A stretch of DNA of 55,249 nucleotides, filler included, from Sphacelaria rigidula (taxonomy: Eukaryota): NCBI GenBank assembly GCA_964200075.2. It is 6 parts of 6 records of this genome, joined end to end, with 100 filler letters (N's around TTAATTAATTAA, not from the genome) between each part and the next. Parts side by side here need not be neighbours in the genome. Positions count along the whole stretch, not along the records: positions 36,901 to 46,025 come from CAXNAA020009243.1; positions 46,126 to 55,249 come from CAXNAA020009244.1; 4 more parts are not named here. One strand, given 5' to 3'. This document shows, one piece after another, positions 37,663 through 48,233 of the stretch. Within the stretch, counting starts at the first letter, position 1. Each line of letters starts with the position of its first letter. Under the pieces are notes generated by a model that searched no databases, was not told the DNA's origin, and saw only the letters and a list, made by a program, of their open reading frames with translations. Both the position numbers and the translations under genes were made by a program.

Positions 37663-38315
37663 TGTACCAATGATCTTACATGCCGTAGTCAAAAGGGGAG
37701 GGGAGGTGGGTACTCTTTGCTACTTGCCTTAGCCGTTTGACCATTGACCACGCATCTCTTTCGAAACGGTGCACCGTTCCTACCACGAATAGGGACACCT
37801 CCAACATTTAGGTGCTTATTGCGTTTCTCTATGCACTACACAAAAACCTTTTACAAATCTTATCCCTATCTGTTTCGCCGTCTGTAGCCATCATCCATCT
37901 CTCGTATAGCCATCGTTTCTTCCCACTGTCTAATGCGTCAAACGATTCCATGCCACCGTCGTTCACGTTCCGCATTTCCCCCTCTAGCACGCCCGTTCCT
38001 CCTCCAAGGGGTGGGGGGGGGTGTACTCATGATCTTGCATGCCATAGTCATATGATCACTGACCCCCATCCCTGTCAAGTCGGGCACGCTGGGTTTTCGC
38101 CGGACCAGGCTCGCAATCACCGCGAAGCGCGAAGCGCCGTGGTGTGCTCGGCGAGTCGCATGAAGGATGAGCTGCATCCTCCTGAGATTGTTCGGCCCGA
38201 AGCGTACTGATTATCTTGCCTTTGGATGACAGCCTGCAATGAGTTGCTTAACTTCTGGTATCGCCAACTCCAGAGGCAGCCACGGCTTATACACTTGCCC
38301 CATGGGTGTCTCACC
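37663..38315 (-). mobile_element. Chain of non-LTR 3' ends (B fragment, A fragment 37710-37992, B fragment 38023-38315) separated by G-tracts
   Basis: Each unit begins at a G-run followed by gtac. Sequences match the other family A and B copies. Lies in an MSH1 intron. Confidence 0.75.
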
Positions 38316-39015
38316 ATCTAAATCCTACGCAGTACGATCATCTCCTCTGCGCGGAGTTGAGGTTCTCCCACCCCGCACAATTATGATTTTGCTTGATCAC
38401 CATAATGATTATCGCAAAAAACGCAGGGGCGCAAACAAAAATCGGTAACCTGGTTGCTTAGGGTACGTAGTGCGTGGCGTGTTTTATAGTGTCATCGCCA
38501 ACCGATGTCAACCTCATTGGGGGAAGAGAGGGGCAGGAGGGAGGGAGTGGGCGGTGCTGTGTGTCCAGTACAGGGAATAAGAAACAGGAGGCGCCCTGAA
38601 TGAACGCCCGGGAACGTGTAATATAAACGGATTGATCCACCGTGCTTGTGCGTTCTGTTATCTTCTTCAAACAGCACGTGTTCAACGAATAAAATAACAG
38701 TCAGCTATTGCAATGCTGTGAATGCAGCCAATTACGATGATGATGATGATGATATATATATATATATATATGGTAGTGCAGCAGTACGGGGTACATTTGA
38801 CTCAAATGTACACGATGGCGATGAAATACTGCAGCGTTAAGAACGGGCTACACACGCACAGAAATGCAATTACGACGATACTACTGCACACGGACAGAGT
38901 ATATACATGTACGTATGATACATGCACTCGTGTGTATACGAAGTAAACAACTTGAAATCCAATACTGTTATTTTCCAGCACTACGACACGCATTCTCGAC
39001 AAGTGCTATAGGTAC

Positions 39016-39184
39016 CTTCGTAGGATGCTTCTCTTTTTGATCCAGAACGAACTGTAGCAGTGAGCCCTTGCCGACTGGTCCTCCCCGAGTAGACACGTAA
39101 CCCAGCTTGTTTGAGCTGGAGAGCTGCATCGCTACCTTCCTTGCCTCTGTTTTGGTCAGGCTCATTAAGGGACCCATCCAGTAC
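39016..39184 (-). CDS. MSH1: Plant-type MSH1, N-terminal conserved exon (exon 3; acceptor may be a few codons further upstream)
   Basis: YWMGPLMSLTKTEARKVAMQLSSSNKLGY...GSLLQFVLDQKEKHPTK parallels the WW...L....N.LG.....G.L......K...P segment preceding VLL.RVGEFYE in plant MSH1. Phase-0 GT donor joins exon 4. Confidence 0.8.
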
Positions 39185-39734
39185 CTGTCTAGCCCATGGC
39201 TGCTCAGCCGTCACCGCGCCACCCCGCCCCCGCATACGATCGGGCGCAGCAACGTCAAGTTCCGGGCTACGGTGCCAACATATTTGCAGTAGAAGTAGCG
39301 ACAAATCTTGTAACGTGATGAAGTGGCGTTCTTCGTGTGTCAAGTCGGCAAGATTTGAGCGGCTGTTCCAGTAGAAACGTCGCAAGGCGCTTAAAACACA
39401 CACACGCACTGGAAACAACATAGAAAGAGCTACGCCCATGCCCATCTTGTGAACACGGCTGAATTTGTAGTGAAACAATGAATGTATGATGAACAATTAA
39501 ATCGGTCAACCAAAACGGATTAGCAAACAGCGCTGCGTGCATGCAGAGCAGAATCTGCAGCTCTTCTGCGTCATTACAACGCAAAAGATCACTACAAACA
39601 CTGAGAAGCGAGTGAACCCATGCATACCCGATTGGCCGACCGCACGTCCATGGCCACCCGACAGACGATAACAAAACGTAACGGTAGCATGGATATGCAC
39701 GCACCTCCCCCCGTATTCCGCACAAAAAACATAC

Positions 39735-42700
39735 CTGACATCAACGACCTCCCTCAGCCTGTCCTCATAAAACTCTTCCCCAGTGTTGTTTCTTTCCCAT
39801 CCCCCGGCCCCCGTCGTGGACCTTCCAACGCTCCACCCCTCCTCCACTTCACCCACGCCCGCGCTCATTTCACCCCCTTCCTCCAACCCTGCCCAACGCC
39901 ACTCCTGCTTCCTCGGCCCCATCGCTCCTTCTATCGGCACAAAAGACGACGAGGAAGGCAGGGGGCTTCCTGGCTCTAGTGTATGTGACTGCTTAGGAGG
40001 ATCAGGGAAAGTGTACTTAGGATGAAGGGGTCCGGGTACCGGGTTCTGTCGCGGCTGGGCGTTCTCGTCGCGACCTGCCTCTACCTCCTGCTGTGCTGCT
40101 GCCCATGGCGGTATTGGCGATGATGATGGTGGGGAAGCGACCGTAGTGCTGCTGCTACTGCCAGGGAGAACATACCGGTCCCGTGGAGAAGGCCTCGAGA
40201 CCGAGGACGGGGACGGCTCTCGGTCATGTTCCGGGAGTTCTCGGAAGCGTTCTGGGGTTGGTTTGAACGGTCCTGGTGGTGCTGCCGCTGATTCTGCGGC
40301 TGCGGGAAGGCGGTGTTGTCGTTGTTGCTGCTGTTCCGGTTTTTTCTCGCTCGCCAACATTCGCGATGATGGTGATGGTGACTTGCTGCTCTCAGGTGCT
40401 TTGTTGGGAAATACTGCCGCCGACTCCACTGCTGCTACCGCCGCCTGTTCAGATGCTTCCCATCCACCGACGAGCATTTGCTGAGCTCCTCCGATCATGG
40501 GGTCGACCGTGGATGGTAACAGCTGCTCCACGCTTCGGTCTTCCGCCGACGCCGTCGCCGAGGTTGCGGCAGCAGTCGAAGGCACCGACCGGTTAGACAG
40601 AGAGCGTGCTGCCGGATCAGCAGTCATCACTGTCGATGGCACCTCAAAAGCATCGCCGCCCACATTTTCCCACAAGGAAGGTCCTGACGTTTGAGGTATC
40701 TCCTCCAGGTCCCTAAAGGACAATTCTCTCATAGGCGCCGGCGCTACCGGTGCAACTACATTTATTCCACCCCCAGCCCCCTCTGCCACGCTGTCGCGCT
40801 TGTTATCCCCTCCCTTTCCACTATCAGCCTTTTCTCGGGTACTCATAGCCGGTGCTTCCGGTACTTGTGTTCCATTCTGTTGCTGCGCTGCGGCATCCTG
40901 CTGCCGTCTCACTACATCTGGCGTTTCTACTGCGGCCGCGGTCGCCACACGCGAGACGTGTACGGCGTTTGTGGTAGTGGTAGCATTGCCGGAAGTTTCG
41001 GCGGGGGCAATGATCGGTTCTCCTCCCTTTGAGGAACTGTCGCTGGGGTGTGATTTTGTCGTTCGAATTGTCGTTGTCGTTGCTACTGCTGTGATGTTTG
41101 ATACCCGTGATGGTGTCGCTTCGATATCCGCAGCAGGTGTAACCAAGGAGGTGTTTGTTGTAGACCCTTGTCTCTTCGGCTTATCGTTCGTTTTCTCCTT
41201 GCTATTAGCGCTTTTAATCGTTCCGGTCATCTTACCGGTGTCACCTTTGTTGTTGGTGCTGCTACTGTGGGCGGCACTGGAGGACGATTCCAGTTCGAGC
41301 TGTTGAGAAGAGTTTTCTCTCACTTGCAGCGACTCCTGCTTCTGCTTCTCATTCTGCTGCCCACTACTTTCTTTCACGTCTACAGACGAAAAAGCCGTCT
41401 TCTCCGCCGATGTGCCCTCTGCTGGCGGTATCGATACTTCAGCGGGAGACGGTGAAACAACCACAGTTTCACTTCCAACAATTCTGTCATTGACAGCAAC
41501 TTCTTCCGTCGTCTTAGGCAGTGCCTTTTCCTCGGGTTGTGCCACGGCTATTGCTGTAGTGTTGGTCACCCTCGCCTCTGCAGAACCTGGGGACACCTTC
41601 GGCTTGGTGGCTGTAGTATCCTTATCCTTTTTGGTGCTAGTCTTATCATACCTCCGTTCCTTGCCAGCCTTGCTGCTAGTGCTAATGCCTCTGCCGACCG
41701 TGACTACCTCCGTAGCGGTGTTGCCGTCATTGCCACCGCCACTAGCACGAGATCCGACGACAACCTCATCTACCAGCGCCAATCCTGCGGGATACTTTGA
41801 TGAAGAGTTTTTGCCGCTAGCTATAGCCTCGACTTCCATCATCGCTGCTACTTCTATGGTACTATTTGCTTGTTTCGCCGTAGAAACCGACTTGGTGACA
41901 GTAGTAGCACCACCTGTAGCCGTAGCCTCCTTGCCCTTGACATTGCTGCTTTTGCGATCCTTCCTACTACTATTGGCACTGCTGCGAACAGTATCGCTAC
42001 TGCTTACCGTGACGTTTTGCACAGCACCTTCACCATCACCCTTACTCGCACGACACTCGGCAGCAGTTTCGTTCACCACTGCCAATAGCTCGGGAGACGT
42101 CAAAGAACCATTACCGATGCTGACAACGCCCTCGACTTCCAGCGCCGCTGCTGCTGCCGCGGTACGGTTTGCTCCTTCCAATGACGATACTGCTGCAGCA
42201 GCAGCCGTTGTATTTATTGCCTCGGCCTCCACAGAACTGGTCAATGCACTCGGCGTATCGGCAACAATATTATCACCCTTTGTTATGCCAGCGTCCTCAC
42301 ATTTTCCCTTGCTATCCTTCAAGTCCTTGCTGGCGCCGCTGCTACTACGGTCTTTACTGCTGACCATGCCAACCTGCACAGCGTCATGGACCTCAATCTC
42401 GAGCACACGAGACACTACGCCCTCTTTCATCACTGCCCTTATCTCCGTAAACGCCGAAGAATTACCTCCGCTAGCGGCAACCTCATCTTGCGGCGGCGCT
42501 GCCGCACTGTTGATCGTGGATTCCTGCACAGCGCCGTTGACATCACCCTCGAGCGCACGGGGCTCCACACCCTCCTGCATCACTGCCAGCACTTCTGCAG
42601 ACGTTGAAGAATTACTACCATTCACAGAAACCTCTACTTCCAGGGGCACTGCCGCTGCTGTCTTATTGCCCCAATTATGGTCGCTCCTGATATCCTTCTC

Positions 42701-43094
42701 CTCACGAGGATGCACACCCTCTTCGTCATTTGCAACCACCTTTGGAACCACCGAAGAATTGCTACCGCGGCTGGAAATGACCTCGACCTTGCTTATCTCT
42801 GCTACTGCGGTATCACTTTCTTCATTCTCCTTCACTACAGATCCTGAGCTTTTTTCCTTCGCCACCTTTGGTTCCTTACGTTTGGCCGTTGCCGTCGCTG
42901 CTTGTTCTGGCTTCGTAGGGGCTACAGCTTCCGGTACTAAGACTGCTGCCTCTTGCAGTGGGGCCTCCGGTGCGGCTTCTTCAAGCGTCACGGCGGTCGC
43001 CTCTGCCTCTTCCGGTAAGGAATTCAATTTTGCCGCTGATCCGTGAAGTGAGCGGGCCGCCTGGTTGTAAGCCCTCGCGGCGTCTACCTCGCAC
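39735..43094 (-). CDS. Exon 2: second half of AP2 domain plus ~1100-aa low-complexity linker
   Basis: TAG acceptor, GG+G=Gly, then CEVDAARAYNQAARSLHGSAAKLN. 3360 nt open. Ends at a CAG/GTATGT donor in phase 2. Confidence 0.85.
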
Positions 43095-43953
43095 CTATGC
43101 CAACACACAATGTATAATACCAGTAGTTGGGGCCACAGTATGATCGCACACTAATTTTGGAACAGTACAACCCGTCAACCGCGGGTGGACAGTTTGACTG
43201 CAGGCGGCCATCGGGAGGGGAGATGTATGAAATAGGGGTGCGTGTTTGGGAAAGTCTTGATACCTACACTGCTACTGTACCTGCCACGTGATTCACACGA
43301 GCGAGTGACATGTTCGCTTTTCAACCGATATTGGCACTTGTAGTAAGCAGTTTCTTCAGCGCTGAGTACAACCTGCCATAATCGATATTTTTTTGGACAC
43401 TCCCGCGCCAGTGAGTACCGTACTATACTCTACTATGGGCAGTACCAGGTTCACATTGTCGCCCACTGTATATTTACATCCCTGGAAATAAAGGACCGAA
43501 ATTCGGCCTAGAGGCAGATTGAGAGGTCATGCGTGTTTCAGAACAACAACAGAACCATTTCGGCATTTCAGCCCCCATAATTGTTGACACCCGTACTGTC
43601 TTCATGGTGTAGAACAGTACCCAGCATACGCTGGTGGGACATGTACGGACTTATATGACCAACATCGTGGACAAATGAAAGCAAGTACGAGTAGCATACT
43701 GTTCTTTCTAACTTCGATTCTCTGGTAAATTACGCCGGCCACGCCACCAAAAGTAGTCTCACTGGAACTGTATCGTCGAGATGCGTCGGTGGACGTGATT
43801 TCTTGGAGAATACAATCATAATTTCCTGATGTGTCGAAGAACATCAAGGTTTGAAATTTCGTCTCGGGGGAATGGGGGGGGGGGGTGTTATACACCATCA
43901 AGTTCAACAGGGTACATGTACAACCTCCACCACCACACACTCCTCTCTCTCAC

Positions 43954-44483
43954 CCGAAGGTACCCAGCTGGCGAAGCCCCCCCTTCGAAGAAATTCGAGC
44001 CTTCCATTTACCCTTGGGCCCTCCAACTACTCCTCTATACCCAGATGGGATATAGGATCGGCGGGCGGACGGTTCCGGGGCGGCGGGGTCTCTTTCACTG
44101 GGTCCGCTGCTACGAGTGCTCTCGGCTGGGGCAATAGCTGGCGACGCCGCTGGTGACGCTCGAGCTTTTCCCCCGCCTCCTTTCGAAGATGTGCTGGCCA
44201 TGCGTGGTAGGACACGAGAAGTAGCATGCTGGGGTGCTAGTTGTTGAGAAGAGGAGGAAACGGGGGAGGTTGATGTTGGGAGCTGTCGACTGCTGCGCGA
44301 GAAGGCCTGCCTCATAGTGTGCTTCACGAAACCATTGGTGACAGCCAGCGGCATGGACAACACTGAAGCGAAAGCAAACAATGGAGGATTATTCAGGCCT
44401 GTGACAGCATGCGAGCAGTACAGTAGTGTTATTACTACAACAAAGAACCACCAGGGCAGTATTCTTCCCAGTGTCCTCCTCAT
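43954..44483 (-). CDS. Exon 1: signal peptide, Ser/Arg-rich transit-like peptide and first half of AP2 domain
   Basis: MRRTLGRILPWWFFVVVITLLYCSHAVTG-L..., then an S/R/T-rich stretch lacking acidic residues, then SGYRGVVGGPKGKWKARISSKGGLRQLGTF. GTGAGA donor, phase 2. Confidence 0.85.
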
Positions 44484-45324
44484 GTACGACTACTGCTCTG
44501 TTGTGCTAGAGCACATGTATCGCTGGTGCACTTTTCGTCTTTCGTCCGATCAAATCATCGGGTTTCCTGGAGAATGCAAATCATGACGGTGGCATCGGCG
44601 TGGCTGACACAGTTTGGGTATAGGGATGATTTGAAAAAAGGTACATATATCTTTGATGACGCCATTATCTTTACCCGTAGTACAAACGTCGCCTAATCAA
44701 CTTGACTGAGTACAACAACAGCGAGACTACTTAATGTTCGGAGTCTACTCGCTATAGTCCGCCTCCCTTACTTGTTAAACCGCACAGTGCCTCCTCGTCA
44801 CGACGAAACACCCCCACACCGAAACGCGAAAGATCGAGCTTTTAGAGCTTTTCAGCCGCATTATTTCGTCATGCGAGACGGCATATGCGCGGGCCATCAT
44901 GTATCACTGGACTGGGAAGTGAAGCCGCAAAACAGCATAGCAGTTGCTCTCAACCCCAGAGTAGCCTGAAGAAAATACTAGATCGTTCCGCACATCCCCT
45001 GGACTTTGCCCCTCTAGTCTATGTGCCACCGTACCCTGTGACCACCACGTCTTTTCATCGGCGTCGGATTCACGAGGCTCATAGCACATCACTACATACA
45101 GTTGAAATGATCACAGAGATACACTGACGGGGGAGAACAGTTGAATCAGTGGTTGCGGTCGCCAGCACTGGTTCCTGTGGGGGAAGGCGCGATCGTTACT
45201 GTGGGTGAAACAGACTCAATCCCGAACGATATCACGGAGGATACCACCATCAGCGCCAACACCAAGAACGACAACAGAAATGAACTCCAAAACACTTTAG
45301 TGTCGCTAGAAAACCAGCGTAGAC

Positions 45325-45544
45325 ATGGCAGGGAACGAATACAGTACTAGTACTGATACTTTATCGCTCGACGAAGACAATACCCGCGTCGACATGGCAG
45401 AAAACGGCGTGGACTCCGGGACAATGAAGGCAGACGCAAGCTACTTGTACGAGGACAACAGTATTATGCTGGGTTTCACTAAGCTCAGTATCGCGTCGGG
45501 CACACGGCACCTCCTCGAGAATATATCTGGTTTCGTCGTTAAAG
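45325..45544 (+). CDS. Probable first exon of an ABCG-type ABC transporter (truncated)
   Basis: ...LGFTKLSIASGTRHLLENISGFVVKG resembles the L.F..L......LL..ISG....G segment just before Walker A. AAG/GTATGT donor. Confidence 0.6.
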
Positions 45545-45898
45545 GTATGTGTCTGTGTCTGTGTCTGTGCGCGCGCGCGCGTCCTCCTGTGTTCATGCAA
45601 GAAAATAGGAGAGGGTGAAGTCAGGAGTATCCGTAAAATGAAATCAAGACATTTGGTGCTTTTTTCAGCGGGGTTTCGGGCGGTGTGGTGGGGGTGGCAT
45701 CCGGCGAATGTTTCCCTCTCCCTAACTAAGTGCTTAGAGTTCTTCTCCAATAAGTGGTATTGTCTGCACTTTTGGTCTCAGTCCGGACGCGAATGCCTAA
45801 ATGACTTGTGTATGGGGGTAAATCTGGTTGATACGATAAATGTGTGTATTGCCGTCCCATTTATTCTGGGCGCCAGTCTACACCTTTCGATATATATA

Positions 45899-46025
45899 TA
45901 TCGCTCGACGAAGACAATACCCGCGTCGACATGGCAGAAAACGGCGTGGACTCCGGGACAATGAAGGCAGACGCAAGCTACTTGTACGAGGACAACAGTA
46001 TTATGCTGGGTTTCACTAAGCTCAG
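45899..46025 (+). repeat. Exact 127-bp duplicate of 45362-45488, preceded by a SINE 3' fragment (45841-45890) and (TA)n
   Basis: Identical sequence running up to the contig end. Confidence 0.9.
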
Positions 46026-46125
46026 NNNNNNNNNNNNNNNNNNNNNNNNNNNNNNNNNNNNNNNNNNNNTTAATTAATTAANNNNNNNNNNNNNNNNNNN
46101 NNNNNNNNNNNNNNNNNNNNNNNNN
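46026..46125. other. Artificial contig spacer
   Basis: Same N-TTAATTAATTAA-N block. Confidence 0.98.
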
Positions 46126-46332
46126 ATCCTCCGGGTTCTCATCCTCAATGAAAAGCACCATCCTCAACATAGATGATCGGCTGTTTTCAGTATAAGTCGT
46201 ATTATACAGTATTTTTGTACACACACGAGGATTCTTGGTACTGTCCGGGGTACATCAGGGTTCTTGTATTTACGAAATGTGATCTGTACTCATCATGCAT
46301 CACCTCCTCCACCCTTTATGCGCCCCCCTCTA

Positions 46333-47179
46333 CGAGCTGGGCCAGCCGAGAAGCGATTCTGCAGTTTGCAGGCCGATTATACGGCCAATACTTGGAGATG
46401 GACCCTGAAATTTGGTATGGACAGAGTAGGGCATAACAAAAGATATTTCTGGCGTACACAAGTTTTTTTTTCATGAGTTAGGGGTATTTTACCGATATCT
46501 GAATACTGATTATTGCCCTTAACTCATGAAAAAAACAGAAAAAAATCCTTGTGTACGCCAGTAGTTTACTTTATTGTGCCCTACTCATTGTCCATACCAA
46601 ATTTCAGTGTCCAACTCCAAGTATTGGCCGTATAATTGGCCGTTTAGTAACAGGGTCAGAAGAAATTCGGAACGGGATTTTGCAGGCCATTTACCGGCCC
46701 ACGTTTGGTGTTTGTGTATTGAAACTTTGTGTGGGGCGTGGCTAGGGCATAATCAACAAAACAAAGTGGGTCAGGTTGTTTTTTTTTTTTCCCCACTGGT
46801 TTAGGACGTTCTACTATGGTAAAGACCATATTTCACGAGATCGCCCAAACCTCTATGAAAAAAAAAATGGAAGGCCCATCTTTTTATTTTATTCGGCACT
46901 CTTTTGTAGTTCTCCACCCCGAAATTCGTCGCCATCCGCGAAATGCATCGATCGGGAGTTTCATAGAGATTTTAGTATTGGCGTTATCTCCCTTAGGTAT
47001 AGGAATTACTAGACATGGGGTTTAATCAACGAGAGAATATGGACCCAAACTTTTGAGCAGATGTGCACCTTCCCCTTGATTAGACGATTAATATGATATG
47101 CGGATTACGGCCCAATTCGTCTGTGTCGATGAGATATTGCTTTTAGAGCCTAAATTCTTTTTGAGGCTGGCCCAGCTCG
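46333..47179. mobile_element. Non-autonomous DNA transposon (MITE), Tc1/mariner-like
   Basis: Perfect 15-bp TIRs CGAGCTGGGCCAGCC / GGCTGGCCCAGCTCG, with TA on both sides. No transposase ORF. A second copy end is at 27450. Confidence 0.9.
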
Positions 47180-47694
47180 TACATGTAGGCGAGTTTTGGC
47201 TAGCCTAAACATACTGCATTTATCTCGGACTGCGTAGCTGTACCTGTACAGTGGCAGAACTTGAGAAGTATGTCGGCAGGAAGGGCTGCACAGGTGAACG
47301 GTGAACGTCCATGGCGGGAGCGTGCGGTTGATAGGACTAGCTAGATGGGCCGATGCTCGGAAGTTGACCTCCTGTGATATTGTGGAAGCCAGCTTTTTTC
47401 ATGTTTTACTGTAAAATATCATTCTTCGCATTATTTGATCTGTGCTTAAGCTTATTGCGGCTTGATTTCGTTTCGATCCAATGTGTGACAGCGAGTCTTG
47501 CTCACGTGAGCCCCCACTCGCCTTCCTTGTGGTGTCAAAATGTAGCGACGCCACCTAGCCTTCGCCGCTGCGCACTTACGGCGGTTGCACATAATGATAG
47601 AAAATCGTGTCACGAACTCCATCTCATAGCTTCCCTTTCCTTCTTCATTTTAGAGGACTGAGTACGGAATCCACGAGAGTACGCAGCCACCATC

Positions 47695-48202
47695 ATGGTG
47701 GGCAGCGATGATAGCGACCATGATGCTGGGCGTCACCAACAAAACTACCGGAGAGGAGAAACCGGATTAGGATCCATTACACCAACAACCCGACGAATTT
47801 CAGCATCAGAAGCAAGCACAGCCTGCATGGTGGAGCCGAACCCTTCAGCCGTGTCGCTTCCATCTGCAATTGCAGGCAGCTACCACTCATCCGACGGTCG
47901 CTTTTCACCAAACACGCACGTGAATGACGAAAATGCATGCATCGCGGCTGCTGAGCGGCAGACTTACAGCGCGAAAACAACATTTTACGACAGTAGGATG
48001 GGCAAATCATACACTCACGGGCAAGATGGGGGCACTTCCGTTTGCCTGCATCAAACGCCAATGCCACCGCCGCAGAGACCTGCCACGGGCGGCGGTGACT
48101 ACTTTTTCCGAAGCCCCACAAAAAATCCCACTGCCATCACGAACATGACGAGTTTCAAACAGAGAGCTAGCTCCGCTAAGCTACTTTCTCGACGACGACT
48201 TA

Positions 48203-48233
<31 letters not shown>

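Noticed and set aside
41412-43046. 544-aa plus-strand ORF
   Set aside because: Antisense shadow of the low-complexity exon 39735-43094.
9589-44483. DNA-repair gene cluster (MUS81 plus MSH1)
   Set aside because: The genes are on different contigs joined by artificial spacers.
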